64,000 bases of DNA from positions 1 to 64,000 of the IMG/VR virus record IMGVR_UViG_3300032307_000723; one strand, given 5' to 3'. A program made the translations under genes and the position numbers. This document shows positions 10,701 to 20,326 of the stretch, piece by piece. The notes beneath the pieces are model-generated. The model worked only from the letters and a program-made list of their open reading frames with translations, did no database searches and had not been told where the DNA came from. This stretch comes from a virus. Positions within the stretch are counted from its first letter, which is position 1. Every line of letters begins with the position of its first letter.

Positions 10701-11776
10701 AAACAGGGATTACTCAAACGAATAGTGTTATATTAACAATGTCATATAATGATGAAATTGAAATAACTGAAAATTCTAATTTAATCCTAACAAATCCGAA
10801 CGGGGGAGACAATAGATGTACAACAACATTAACCCAAACTATTTCGGCTAACATAACACAAACTGAGTCTGTTGGTAATGAGTGTTCTACCGCAGTTGGA
10901 GGTTCAAGAACTTTATTGGAGAATACAATAACTTATTTACCTACAACTTTACAAACATGGAATCCTACGGATATTGTTTGTAATTTCCAAAGTGTAAATT
11001 TTACCTCAATAAAGGGTAGTGGTGAAGCTATGCCAACTACAGTGTATGTTCCGGTAGACGGAACTAGAATGTACTTACCTATGTATGGTACTAAAAAAAT
11101 TAACCAATATAGTTTATCTGTTCCCCATAATATAAATTCAACAATTACTTTTATAAATTCTGGACCTATTTTACCATACTATTTTAATGGAATGCAGATG
11201 AGTACTGACGGAACTAAAGTTTTTGTATTTGGTAATGCGTACGAGGCGGTAATTAGAGAATACACATTATCGGTTCCGTGGGATATTACCACTATGTCAA
11301 CGAGTGTTAATGCAAGTTTAACTTATCCAATACCAGGCTCAAGTACTGCACTTGTAGGAAGAACTCCATCTTTTAATCGAGACGGAACTAAAATTTATGC
11401 AACTTACTATATAAATTTTGGTGGTCCTAATCCTAATATCGCAGCAGATATAGTTTGGGAATTATCGACACCATACTCATTATCAAGTGCTGGTACACCT
11501 ATAACTAGTAACATTACATCCTCTATTTCGACAATAACAGGTAACATGTATTTTGAAAACGGGACTGATAAGTATTTTACTGCTGTAGGTAATGGATTAC
11601 CTCAAGTTGCAGTATTTGAGAACGGAATAACTAATAATGATTTATATGGGGTGAACAATGAATGTCTTTTTGTTAGTCCTGATTGTCAAGATAATATTCA
11701 CATCTATGACTCTTTAAGAAGTTCTGGCTCACCATTTGTATGGACTTTAAGACAAAGTAAAACAGGGTTACTGTAA
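7715..11776 (+). CDS. Multidomain virion adhesin: permuted FISUMP, PT linkers, SprB-like repeats, C-terminal beta-propeller
   Basis: GYLYNWYA..GGKLKETG..WNSPN.GATNE.GF; DGIISVNVTGGTAPYSY and DGSITANAQGGLAPYYY; MSTDGTKVFV..EYTLSVPWDITT. Confidence 0.7.
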   Translation: MACKYYDITISEIDIADATGNTISPNLNGKVFVKYTDCDGIEQEVGYDTPGTYVDEFCANNDELVLIGFYSNNQPFSLTINSTYSEQGDCSVTCFGYLYNWYAATDVRNISAAGWEVPTISDYQILANYLGAAGNYVTNVVGGKLKETGLTYWNSPNVGATNEVGFNAIGSGVRTTGFGLLGTSGYLWTRDNPFPSGGYLAMLSNSNQNFVCATGNSYLKKDGYALRLKKITTTLVNGQTGTYVGNDGKTYDTICIGTQEWVSQNLTETKYRDLSDISNVTVQATWSGLTTGAYCIYNNDPVNVSGCPPLPPTPTTLCFEYIGLNYPNPSEVFLCDISSAPSLYNGKNYWILSDCAQPEQCSYFDIGFVWWNDLTSSWYNSTTLGGTGIYEALSELQNPGDYPIQIPGVYEWTFLPASFCTCCPSIINSNLGSCSEPTPTPTPTPTNTQTPTNTQTPTKTPTQTPTQTQTPTNTVTSSQTPSTTPISCGLGLIKTNSEYYYTDCCGNFISGFNNTGDGLQVSFNYNLPRGGVGKLNVPATISCPSPTPTPTQTVTPTNTVTPTVTPTNTTTPTPSITPSITPSNSPVARIQNSCDVITLFDMGISCNVIQNPSSPTSLDGIISVNVTGGTAPYSYYWNGNAGPQTLFGVTQGDYEIFVTDFSWPDGGPDFTASTICSLVGPTPTQTPTMTPTPTSTRPIQCVELCMIITDSLRGTTILGPIQFECYGYKNGQFTWFGEWNGKPLYIIWNPTNNKWEVYSDSQGNQLFNLGSTSLSNYGTIIASTSTSAIPVSAWNLYGEESNGNVTVTTGSCPEYSPLSLNLLATNNSCLNMVNCDGSITANAQGGLAPYYYSINGGITTQESPSFNNLCPNDYEVTVYDSAGGQQSSVANVGYNGSPVTYQLSITNSGSPVSSTVPNVSNNLTQSYKIVSVPPIPVGLTISFNLSISNTKIYQGPGNGTIDNTLIITKNGTEQTPTFVSNVPVIGNRPNCSPNIETGITQTNSVILTMSYNDEIEITENSNLILTNPNGGDNRCTTTLTQTISANITQTESVGNECSTAVGGSRTLLENTITYLPTTLQTWNPTDIVCNFQSVNFTSIKGSGEAMPTTVYVPVDGTRMYLPMYGTKKINQYSLSVPHNINSTITFINSGPILPYYFNGMQMSTDGTKVFVFGNAYEAVIREYTLSVPWDITTMSTSVNASLTYPIPGSSTALVGRTPSFNRDGTKIYATYYINFGGPNPNIAADIVWELSTPYSLSSAGTPITSNITSSISTITGNMYFENGTDKYFTAVGNGLPQVAVFENGITNNDLYGVNNECLFVSPDCQDNIHIYDSLRSSGSPFVWTLRQSKTGLL

Positions 11777-11810
11777 TAAAAAAAAAATAAAGAAAAACTA
11801 TTTATAACCA

Positions 11811-14045
11811 ATGGCTTATATAATTAAAAATACTTCGGGACTAATTAACACAAGATTAACTGATGTGGGTAGAAGATACTTATCTCAGGGAAATTTCAAT
11901 ATTGCCTATTTTCAAATAGGGGATAGTGAGGTTAGTTATACTGCGGTTCCGAATTACAATCAGACTAATAATAATATTTTGATGCCGGCATTCAATGCTC
12001 AAAATGATACAGGTTCGCCTCAGAATAATAAACAAAATATTAAATATCCGTATTTTGTTCAGGGTAGTGCAGGTAATACATATGGTATTCCATATATGGA
12101 TAGTGATTTTCAGTCGGTTTATAATTCTGCTGGTGTAAAAGGGTTTTTTATGACAGGGGGAACTCAAGGAAATTGGGATGTTCAAACAAGTTCTGCATAT
12201 ACTATCACATCAAACTATCAAGTTGATATGCAAACTTTGACGGGTCAAACACAAATTGATATAAATTTAGACCCAATAATTTGTTCTCCAACAACAGGTA
12301 CACCGGCAATAAATGATTTTGTTACGATTATCTATGATGGTAATGGTGGTTGTGGTAATGTTGGAACCTATTCGATATTAACATATAAGATACAGGATTT
12401 AAATCCATCGACAGGGACTACAGGAACAACTACTTGGACATTAACATTAGACAGGTCAGTTCCTGATTATACCGGTAAAGTATTAGGTGGTGAAATGGGT
12501 AGAGTTTTAATTTATCCTTCAGGAATGACAGAACTTTATGACACAATAACACCGGCACCTTATTGGGATATAGATACAATTAACTTTGAATCTCCTTGTG
12601 ATATATCAAAACGAGAAAACACTGTGGTTTGGAATATGAATATTCCATGGACTGAAAATCCTGCAGGTTTGATGTTTGGGTATGAGGGATATTCGAACTA
12701 TGGTTCTGTAGGTTATATTGGAACTAAAGAATATTTGGGTTATAACGAGCCAAGTGGTCAAACTGACACCAGTAAAGTTTATTATTACAATTCATACGAT
12801 GAGGAGATTGTTGTTAAACCACAAGACCAAAAAGTAATATCAATTATCCATTACACCAATCAAGATATTGATAATGTGTATGGTGAGAAATTTGCGACAG
12901 TTCCATATGACCCTCAAACTCCAACTGATAATACTGGTTTAGCAAGACATTTTAAACTTACAATGCCAACATTGATGTGGCATAAATCATCAGGAACAAG
13001 TATTGGTGAAACATTTTGGATTGACCCTCCTGGTTATGATGATAAGAAATTATGTACTCCATACTATATTAAGTCAAGAAAAAATATTGATATGAATGAC
13101 CCGGGTATTAGATATTTCCATTTATGGGATACAAATCCGGATAGCAATGGTAATTTAAATAGAATTGGTAAAGTATTCCCCGACCAAGAAATAATTATTA
13201 TTGATGACGAGGAAGTTGTTGCATCTATGTCGTATAAATCAAATAGAAATTGGACATTACCTGCACCGAGATTATCTTTAATTTCTCCAAATATATGTGA
13301 ACCAAATAGTTCAACATCTACAGGTATTTTTACAACACCAACACAAAGCATGTGGATTACATATCGATTTGATTCAACAGGTTTTACTGATTCATTACAT
13401 TGTAACTATTATTCATTTATAAGTGCTAGTTCAGCGGCAACACAAACTAATAGTGATAATATTGCGGTTAAGTTTGGCCCTGAATTTAAATTTTTGAATC
13501 AACCTTTAAATACATATACAAGTGCTGATTTAAGTGGTTATTCTGCAAACTCTATGAAATTATTAGTTCAAATTGTTGAGGGAACTAATCGACCTATTTC
13601 AACGGCTTGGAAAGAAATTGATGTGACTTCTGAGATTAGTGGTTCATCTATAAATGGTTATATTACTATGAGTGGTATTACGGGAACTACATTCCAAATT
13701 AATCAACAAACGTATGATAATGCAGTACCATATAACTTGGGAACTTATATTGATTTACCACAGAATGGTCAATCAGAATATTTGAATTTTGGTGACGAGT
13801 ATTATTTTTATGGTAATTTGGAGACGGACATATCCGCTACCATTTATGAAATGAAATATCTTGTGAATTTAGGTCGAAACCAATTTACAAATACATCAAA
13901 TCCAACATGGATGTCAGGAACTACCTCATATGTTACCGAAATTGGCCTTTACAACTCACAAAAAGACCTTATGGTTGTATCTAAGCTACAATCACCTGAA
14001 TTACGACAGGGTATTCAACAATTTGTGGTTAAATTAGATTTCTAA
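11811..14045 (+). CDS. Putative baseplate/tail structural protein
   Basis: 744 aa; C-terminal VTEIGLYN..LMVVSKL..FVVKLDF typical of tail-fibre/baseplate attachment domains; TATTTATA at 11799. Confidence 0.55.
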   Translation: MAYIIKNTSGLINTRLTDVGRRYLSQGNFNIAYFQIGDSEVSYTAVPNYNQTNNNILMPAFNAQNDTGSPQNNKQNIKYPYFVQGSAGNTYGIPYMDSDFQSVYNSAGVKGFFMTGGTQGNWDVQTSSAYTITSNYQVDMQTLTGQTQIDINLDPIICSPTTGTPAINDFVTIIYDGNGGCGNVGTYSILTYKIQDLNPSTGTTGTTTWTLTLDRSVPDYTGKVLGGEMGRVLIYPSGMTELYDTITPAPYWDIDTINFESPCDISKRENTVVWNMNIPWTENPAGLMFGYEGYSNYGSVGYIGTKEYLGYNEPSGQTDTSKVYYYNSYDEEIVVKPQDQKVISIIHYTNQDIDNVYGEKFATVPYDPQTPTDNTGLARHFKLTMPTLMWHKSSGTSIGETFWIDPPGYDDKKLCTPYYIKSRKNIDMNDPGIRYFHLWDTNPDSNGNLNRIGKVFPDQEIIIIDDEEVVASMSYKSNRNWTLPAPRLSLISPNICEPNSSTSTGIFTTPTQSMWITYRFDSTGFTDSLHCNYYSFISASSAATQTNSDNIAVKFGPEFKFLNQPLNTYTSADLSGYSANSMKLLVQIVEGTNRPISTAWKEIDVTSEISGSSINGYITMSGITGTTFQINQQTYDNAVPYNLGTYIDLPQNGQSEYLNFGDEYYFYGNLETDISATIYEMKYLVNLGRNQFTNTSNPTWMSGTTSYVTEIGLYNSQKDLMVVSKLQSPELRQGIQQFVVKLDF

Positions 14046-14047
14046 AT

Positions 14048-14650
14048 ATGGCAAAAAACATGAGGAAGGATTCCCCAAAAGTATTGGGGCTTGACGTGTC
14101 AACCAAAACAATTGGTTGGTCGTTATTTGATATTCAAAGTAAAGAATTATTGGAATTAACCCACATATCACCGGTTCCAAAACCTAAAGTGGAAGATAAA
14201 ATTGAGGAATTAATTCTTAAAAGTAATATCTTTAGACAAAAGTTAGAAAGTTATGCTGGTATGGGTATTAAATATGTGGTTATTGAAGAACCATTATTAA
14301 ACTCAAACAATGTATACACCGTTGGAACATTAATGAGGTTTAATACCTTAGTATGTAAAGAGGTTTATGATATTTTAGGTGTGGTACCTCATTTCATTTC
14401 AACTTATAATTCAAGAAAATTTGCATTCCCGGAATTAGTACAAGAGAACGATAAAGGTAAATTTGTTCTTTTTGGTGGATTACCAAAAACTATCGACAAA
14501 AAGAATATCATATGGGATTTAGTTGCAAAAAGAGAACCTCAAATCACTTGGCAATACACTAAGAATAGTACATTGAAAAAAGAAAATTTTGATATGACAG
14601 ATGCTTATACTTGTGCATTAGGTTATATGAAAATGAAAGAAATTTGGTAG
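14048..14650 (+). CDS. RuvC-like Holliday junction resolvase
   Basis: LGLDVSTKTIGW, VVIEEP and DMTDAY acidic RNase H-fold motifs. Confidence 0.75.
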   Translation: MAKNMRKDSPKVLGLDVSTKTIGWSLFDIQSKELLELTHISPVPKPKVEDKIEELILKSNIFRQKLESYAGMGIKYVVIEEPLLNSNNVYTVGTLMRFNTLVCKEVYDILGVVPHFISTYNSRKFAFPELVQENDKGKFVLFGGLPKTIDKKNIIWDLVAKREPQITWQYTKNSTLKKENFDMTDAYTCALGYMKMKEIW

Positions 14651-14674
14651 ATTAGAAAAAATGTTATAACTTTG
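14643..14674 (+). promoter_or_regulatory. Bacteroidota-type -33/-7 promoter
   Basis: TTTG(14643)-N20-TAACTTTG(14667). Confidence 0.7.
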
Positions 14675-14697
14675 CTTAACAAATTAAAGTTAAGGTA

Positions 14698-15075
14698 ATG
14701 GTTAGGAAAGACATTGACACTAAAAATCTTCGAAAAACAATTTTAAAATTTTCAAAAGACATCCCTACAGTTGGAGAACGACATAGGGGTGTCTTTTCTA
14801 TTACAGGATATAGAGTTTATAATAGTTCACCAAGTACCGGTTACGTTGAGATTGATGTGATGTTTAAAGGTGAAATAAAGGCGGGTCTTTCATCTATTCG
14901 TCCTAACGAATGGTTTGGTTCGGATGTTAAAAACAATGACCGTTATCATATTTCACGGGTTAGACTTGGTAGATTCTTAAGAAGTCAGTTACTTAAAGAT
15001 ATTAATAACCACATGGGATATTTTGATGTTAAAATTAAATATGTAAACTCAATAAAAACAATAAAATGGATATAG
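14698..15075 (+). CDS. Hypothetical protein
   Basis: 125-aa ORF directly after promoter. Confidence 0.65.
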   Translation: MVRKDIDTKNLRKTILKFSKDIPTVGERHRGVFSITGYRVYNSSPSTGYVEIDVMFKGEIKAGLSSIRPNEWFGSDVKNNDRYHISRVRLGRFLRSQLLKDINNHMGYFDVKIKYVNSIKTIKWI

Positions 15076-15227
15076 CTTTTTTTATAATTTGGGGTATTGC
15101 AACCCTATGGTGTATTTTAATAATACCAATCGGTAATAAAATTGAAAAACTTGATGATAGTAGTCGTTTGAAACAATGGTGGAAAAAACATATTGCGGAT
15201 TGGGACTTTTATGATAAATCAAAATAA
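15066..15227 (+). CDS. Small membrane protein (not in ORF track)
   Basis: MDIAFFIIWGIATLWCILIIPIG... 53 aa; fills the gap before primase. Confidence 0.55.
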   Translation: MDIAFFIIWGIATLWCILIIPIGNKIEKLDDSSRLKQWWKKHIADWDFYDKSK

Positions 15228-15244
15228 TTTCTTATACTTAGAGA

Positions 15245-16159
15245 ATGGATGAAGAAGTTGAAGTATTAGTTGATTTACTTACCGATGTATTAGGTGACCC
15301 TAAAAATCATTACGAGTCAAAAGCTCAAATTTCTTTTGACTGCCCTGTTTGTGCGAATGAAAAAGGGTTAGACAAGGGTGATGGGAAAGGTAACTTGGAG
15401 ATTAATTATAGTAAACACGTTTATAAATGTTGGGTTTGCGGTGAATCAGAGGGAACACAAGGACCATTAGGTCGATTGTTTGATAAACACGGGACGAAAG
15501 AACAGAAAAAAGTTTATAACTTAATAAAACCTGAGGAGTTAAAAATTCAAGAATCTAAGAAAAATCAATTAAAACTTCCTGAGGGTTACACTCAATTTAA
15601 AGATTCTAATCCAAGGTTTATACCACATGCTGAAGCTTATCGATATTTAAAATCTCGAGGTATTACGGATGAGATTATTGAGAAATACCAAATAGGATAT
15701 ACCGTGAGTGGTGAATTTGCTTATAGGGTTATCGTACCATCGTTTGATAAAAACAATAGGTTAAATTATTTTATCGCTCGTTCATGGGTTCCAAATAAGA
15801 TGAAATATAAAAACCCTACGGCTGCTAAAGATGAAATCATATTCAACGAAAGTAGGATAGATTGGTTTAAAGATGTTTATTTGGTTGAAGGGGCGTTTGA
15901 TGGGTTCTTCTTAGATAATTCAATTGCGATGTTAGGTAAGAAAATGAGTTCATTATTATTCGAGACTCTATATGAAAATGCGTTAGGTAAGATTATTATT
16001 TGTTTAGATGAAGATGCTTGGGATGATGCATTAAAATTGTATCATGAATTAAATGGGGGTAGATTATACAATAAGATTAAAATAATTAAACCACCCAAAG
16101 ATATGGACGTTGCGGACTTGAAAGGTCAGATTGACGAATACTATTACGAAATAAAATAA
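15245..16159 (+). CDS. DNA primase (Zn finger plus Toprim)
   Basis: CPVC..CWVC zinc finger; LVEGAFD and CLDEDA Toprim motifs. Confidence 0.85.
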   Translation: MDEEVEVLVDLLTDVLGDPKNHYESKAQISFDCPVCANEKGLDKGDGKGNLEINYSKHVYKCWVCGESEGTQGPLGRLFDKHGTKEQKKVYNLIKPEELKIQESKKNQLKLPEGYTQFKDSNPRFIPHAEAYRYLKSRGITDEIIEKYQIGYTVSGEFAYRVIVPSFDKNNRLNYFIARSWVPNKMKYKNPTAAKDEIIFNESRIDWFKDVYLVEGAFDGFFLDNSIAMLGKKMSSLLFETLYENALGKIIICLDEDAWDDALKLYHELNGGRLYNKIKIIKPPKDMDVADLKGQIDEYYYEIK

Positions 16160-16168
16160 TAAAAAAAT

Positions 16169-17014
16169 ATGATAGAATTAAAAACTATTGCACAAGAAAT
16201 ACGAGAACTAATTAGTCAAAGACAACAAGAATTAGGACTTACCTTTGAAGAGGATAATCACATCTATACCATGAATGGGAGGAATGATTATCCTTCTGTG
16301 TCTAAAGTATTGAAGAAATTTTATACAGAGTTCCCAACGGAGCAAGCAGCGTATAATAAAGCTAAGGGTGACCCACAAAAACAACAAGAATTGATTGAGG
16401 AGTGGGCGGCAGCCGGAACCTACTCAACCAATATGGGTAGTAGAGTTCACTTTGTCCTTGAAAAAGAAGTTATTGACCGAAATGGGTCTTACAAAGAAGT
16501 TAGACAACCGGTTTTTGAATGTGATAATACACAGATATTCAAGGGGGATAATATGATTACTGCCGGTAAAAACTTCCTTAACTTAATGGAACAACGAGGT
16601 GCGGTTCTACTTGATACTGAGATGGTATTGGGTGACCCGGAACTTGGATACACCGGACAACCCGATAAGGTATGGTTGATTATGAACATTCATCAAAATG
16701 AGTTTGGTTTGGTAATTACCGATTGGAAAACAAACAAACCAAAGAACTTCTTGGAAACAAGATATACCAAAAGAATGTTGGAACCATATCAAAATCAACC
16801 TGATATTGCATTAGGTCACTACTTCGTCCAATTACCTTTATATGGAAAATTACTTATAAAAATGTTACAAGGAACCAAATATGAAAACATTAAATTGTAT
16901 GGTTGTATTGTAACACACTTGAAAGAGAATGCCGAGTTTGATGAATATCGAGTACCAAAAGAGGTTATCACAACAACTTTGGAAATGGATATGAAAAAAT
17001 ATTTGGCCAAGTAA
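16169..17014 (+). CDS. PD-(D/E)xK exonuclease
   Basis: GQPDKVW..ITDWKT..QLPLY motifs. Confidence 0.75.
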   Translation: MIELKTIAQEIRELISQRQQELGLTFEEDNHIYTMNGRNDYPSVSKVLKKFYTEFPTEQAAYNKAKGDPQKQQELIEEWAAAGTYSTNMGSRVHFVLEKEVIDRNGSYKEVRQPVFECDNTQIFKGDNMITAGKNFLNLMEQRGAVLLDTEMVLGDPELGYTGQPDKVWLIMNIHQNEFGLVITDWKTNKPKNFLETRYTKRMLEPYQNQPDIALGHYFVQLPLYGKLLIKMLQGTKYENIKLYGCIVTHLKENAEFDEYRVPKEVITTTLEMDMKKYLAK

Positions 17015-17033
17015 AAAACTTTATTTACCTTTG
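17002..17033 (+). promoter_or_regulatory. Bacteroidota-type promoter
   Basis: TTTG(17002)-N20-TACCTTTG(17026). Confidence 0.7.
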
Positions 17034-17055
17034 TCGTCAATATAAACCAAACAAT

Positions 17056-17943
17056 ATGTCAAAAATTGATGATTTAAAAGTTAAGTATGTCAGTTTAAAA
17101 CCTGATACTTTTACCCGATTAGTTAACGGAGACGAAACTCCGACAAAAAAATATGCGGAATTTTTATTAAAGGCTTGGAGTAATAGGTCCAATAATGGGT
17201 GTGTTAGAACAATAGATAACTTGATTGATTTAGTTAAGAGATTCGATAGTCTTTTACCGTATATCAGTGAGAAAGACATTTACCATAAAAGTTATTATAA
17301 CATTAACTTGTTAAAAAATGTTGTAACTCGTGCTGAAGAAGAAAAAGATGTGAAGTCCTTTGATAGAGATGACCATGTTGAAGTTTTATATGAAGATGAT
17401 GAAACTCTTTTTGTTATTCCAAAAACTCATAGAGGTTCATTAAAATATGGTGCGAATACAAGATGGTGTACTGCGTCAAAAAACAATCCTGCGACGTTTA
17501 ACAATTATACGAGAAATGCCTTACTTGCTTATTTAATTGATAAAACAGATAAAACGACTCCTCAATATCGAAAGTTGGCGTTTTATTCTAATTGGAATAA
17601 CGTTGGGATAACAAGTGCAATTGAAATTTATAATACATCAGACAGTACTTGTCAAGATAAGTTAATTACGAGTGGTGGTTGGGGTGATGAGACACTTCTT
17701 AAAATGGTAACCATTTATAGGTTGAAGTTTGTTACTTATAAAAAAATCAAACAATCTATAGATAATGTTAGCTCATTTGGGAATACCTTAAAAAAGTTAG
17801 ATTTTGATTTATTAAAAGATAGCTTGGAAAAACTTGAACAATCGGTAGAACCTTCGTATATTTCTAATCTAAAGGAGAACATTGATAGTTTCCTTGAAAA
17901 ACTTAATACAAAACAATATGGAATTACAGCAACCAAAGATTAA
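17056..17943 (+). CDS. Hypothetical protein, YG..T(R/K)WCT family paralog 1
   Basis: SLKYGANTRWCTAS shared with 35903 and 48810. Confidence 0.7.
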   Translation: MSKIDDLKVKYVSLKPDTFTRLVNGDETPTKKYAEFLLKAWSNRSNNGCVRTIDNLIDLVKRFDSLLPYISEKDIYHKSYYNINLLKNVVTRAEEEKDVKSFDRDDHVEVLYEDDETLFVIPKTHRGSLKYGANTRWCTASKNNPATFNNYTRNALLAYLIDKTDKTTPQYRKLAFYSNWNNVGITSAIEIYNTSDSTCQDKLITSGGWGDETLLKMVTIYRLKFVTYKKIKQSIDNVSSFGNTLKKLDFDLLKDSLEKLEQSVEPSYISNLKENIDSFLEKLNTKQYGITATKD

Positions 17944-18154
17944 TTTAAAAGAGTGTCCTACGATAAAATGTGACTCATGTGATGGAATTTACTTTAGAGA
18001 GGTTATCTACCTAAAGAGAGTCCCTAAACTAATGACCGGGTCACCTGAAGACACAACCGTACCATTCCCGATTTACAAATGTGAATCTTGTGGACACGTA
18101 AACAAAGGGTTCAACCCATTTGAAGAAGAAGAAAAAACTTTAATTAAAGACTAA
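17918..18154 (+). CDS. Zinc-ribbon protein
   Basis: CDSC..CESC; TAATG overlap with next gene. Confidence 0.7.
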   Translation: MELQQPKINLKECPTIKCDSCDGIYFREVIYLKRVPKLMTGSPEDTTVPFPIYKCESCGHVNKGFNPFEEEEKTLIKD

Positions 18155-18939
18155 TGATAAACAGATTAGTACATTTTTCTGATTTACACGTCAGGTTATT
18201 CAAGGACCACGATTTATATCGTGGAATCCTTGAATCTGCCTTAAGTGAATGGAAAACATTACAACCGGACCGAATTGTGTTCACTGGTGACTTGGTTCAT
18301 TCCAAGAACCAAATGACACCTGAATTGGTTGAGTTCGTCGCTTGGATATTAACGGAATGTTCCAAGATAGCCAAAACTATTGTTATTATTGGGAATCACG
18401 ATTTTCTTGAAAACAATAATGCGAGATTGGATGCGTTAACACCAATCATTGATTCACTAAAGAACGATAACATTGTTTATTTAAAGAATCGTGGGGTTTA
18501 TCCTGATGATAACGTGAATTGGTGTGTTTATTCTTTAATGGAACATAACATTCCACCAGACATTAACAAATCAGAGAACAAGAATATTGGGTTATTCCAC
18601 GGACCTATTCAAGGTTTATACACCGACATTGGATTTAAATTTGAAGATGGGTTTGAGGTGAGTAAGTTTGATGGGTGTGACCTTGTATTATGTGGTGATA
18701 TCCACAAGAGACAAGTGTTTGATATCCCGGGTGGAAAGAAAGCGTATATGATTGGTTCAACCATTCAACAAAACTTTGGTGAGACCGTGAATAAACATGG
18801 ATACGGGGTTTATGAGATTGATAAAGACCAATATGACTTTGTTGACCTGCCTAATCCAAAACCATTCTTATCGTTCCGTATGGACTCATTCGATTGTATT
18901 GAAAAGGGTACGGAAAAACTTGTAAATGGAGGAAAATAA
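18154..18939 (+). CDS. sbcD: SbcD/Mre11-like metallophosphoesterase nuclease
   Basis: DLH, GD, GNHD, HG and GDIH motifs; near SbcC. Confidence 0.8.
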   Translation: MINRLVHFSDLHVRLFKDHDLYRGILESALSEWKTLQPDRIVFTGDLVHSKNQMTPELVEFVAWILTECSKIAKTIVIIGNHDFLENNNARLDALTPIIDSLKNDNIVYLKNRGVYPDDNVNWCVYSLMEHNIPPDINKSENKNIGLFHGPIQGLYTDIGFKFEDGFEVSKFDGCDLVLCGDIHKRQVFDIPGGKKAYMIGSTIQQNFGETVNKHGYGVYEIDKDQYDFVDLPNPKPFLSFRMDSFDCIEKGTEKLVNGGK

Positions 18940-19754
18940 TGAATATCAATATTGAACTAACCTCTAAAGAACACAAGGACTTATTAAGTTATTGTAAACT
19001 CAACAATTTCGAACCTGAAACGATATTGAAGAGTTCTTATTTGGAGGGGTTCAAAATTGAAAAGTATGGACTATTGTCAGGTTCAGGGAATGTTATTGAG
19101 AAAGAAGTTATCAAAGAAGTTATCAAATACGTTGAGGTTCCTGTTGTTGAAGAAAAAGAAGTTGTCAAAATCGAATATGTTGATGTTGAGAAACTTGTTG
19201 AAGTGGTAAAAGAGGTTCCGGTAGAAAAGATAGTTGAGGTAATTAAAGAAGTTCCCGTTGACAGGGTGGTTGAGAAGATTGTTGAGGTGACCAAAGAGGT
19301 TCCCGTTGAGAGAGTGGTGATTCAAGAAGTCATCAAAGAAGTGCCAATTGAGAAAGTTGTTGAAAAGATTGTTAAAGTCTCAGATGATACTCAAGTTAAT
19401 GAACTGTTGTTAAAAATACAACAGTTGGAAAATCAACCACCCAAAATAGTCGAAACAATTAAGGAAGTGATTAAAGAAGTTCCGGTTGAGATAATCAAAG
19501 AAGTTGAAGTAATCAAAGAAGTTGAAGTGGTTAAAGAGGTTATTGTTGAAAAAGAGACATCCGACAATAAATTAAAACCTAAATTGGATGCTCTCCAAAA
19601 CACAGTTCAAAAATTAAAACTTGATAATATCGAAAAAGATAAGTTGATTAAGGAATACGAGAAGACTATCCAAGATATACAAAAGTTTAATGAAGGGACT
19701 AAAGCAATGTATTTAAAAGGTTCAAATTTGGACGATAAACTTTATAATAAATAA
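18939..19754 (+). CDS. V/E/K/P-repeat (VIKEVPVEK) protein
   Basis: Many KEVPVE/VIKEV repeats then a coiled-coil tail. Confidence 0.7.
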   Translation: MNINIELTSKEHKDLLSYCKLNNFEPETILKSSYLEGFKIEKYGLLSGSGNVIEKEVIKEVIKYVEVPVVEEKEVVKIEYVDVEKLVEVVKEVPVEKIVEVIKEVPVDRVVEKIVEVTKEVPVERVVIQEVIKEVPIEKVVEKIVKVSDDTQVNELLLKIQQLENQPPKIVETIKEVIKEVPVEIIKEVEVIKEVEVVKEVIVEKETSDNKLKPKLDALQNTVQKLKLDNIEKDKLIKEYEKTIQDIQKFNEGTKAMYLKGSNLDDKLYNK

Positions 19755-19757
19755 AAT

Positions 19758-20102
19758 ATGATAACACAATTATTACTTTGGATGGTAATGGCTTATGGAA
19801 TGACAAACATCCTTGTTTACGGAAGTATCTTTAATGGTACTCGAAAATTTATAAAAGAAATGGGGGATGATAAAGTAATGCCCTTTAACGGATTCTTCAA
19901 TTTTGTCTCAGGAATAGTAACCTGTATGATGTGCTGTTCAACTTGGGTTGGATTCTTTCTTGGATTTTTTGTATATTCTCCGGTACACGAGATGTTAGGA
20001 ATTTCAAGTTGGGGTTCATGGTTCTTTGATGGTATGTTAGCGTCAGGTGCGGTATGGGCAATCAATGCAATCGTGGAATGGTACGAAGAAAACCGAAAAT
20101 AA
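19758..20102 (+). CDS. Small multi-pass membrane protein
   Basis: Three hydrophobic segments; CMMC motif. Confidence 0.65.
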   Translation: MITQLLLWMVMAYGMTNILVYGSIFNGTRKFIKEMGDDKVMPFNGFFNFVSGIVTCMMCCSTWVGFFLGFFVYSPVHEMLGISSWGSWFFDGMLASGAVWAINAIVEWYEENRK

Positions 20103-20125
20103 AAATTAACTAAATAAATACAATT

Positions 20126-20320
20126 ATGCCAACATCTAAAAAAAGAGGAGGAACTAAATCTCACGCAAAGAAAGTACAACAAAGAAATCAGACTATTAAA
20201 AGTCAAAAAAATGCTTTCCAAAAAATCATGACTCAACAAATGGAAGAGTTTAAACAAAAATATGAGGAAGCTCAAAGACAAAGTGGATTAACAGAAAATA
20301 CTGAGATTGTTACTCAATAA
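20126..20320 (+). CDS. Small basic hypothetical protein
   Basis: 64 aa, K/Q rich. Confidence 0.6.
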   Translation: MPTSKKRGGTKSHAKKVQQRNQTIKSQKNAFQKIMTQQMEEFKQKYEEAQRQSGLTENTEIVTQ

Positions 20321-20326
20321 TAAACT

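Noticed and set aside
6109-11776. Diversity-generating retroelement
   Set aside because: No reverse transcriptase and no near-identical TR/VR pair differing at adenines was seen in this window
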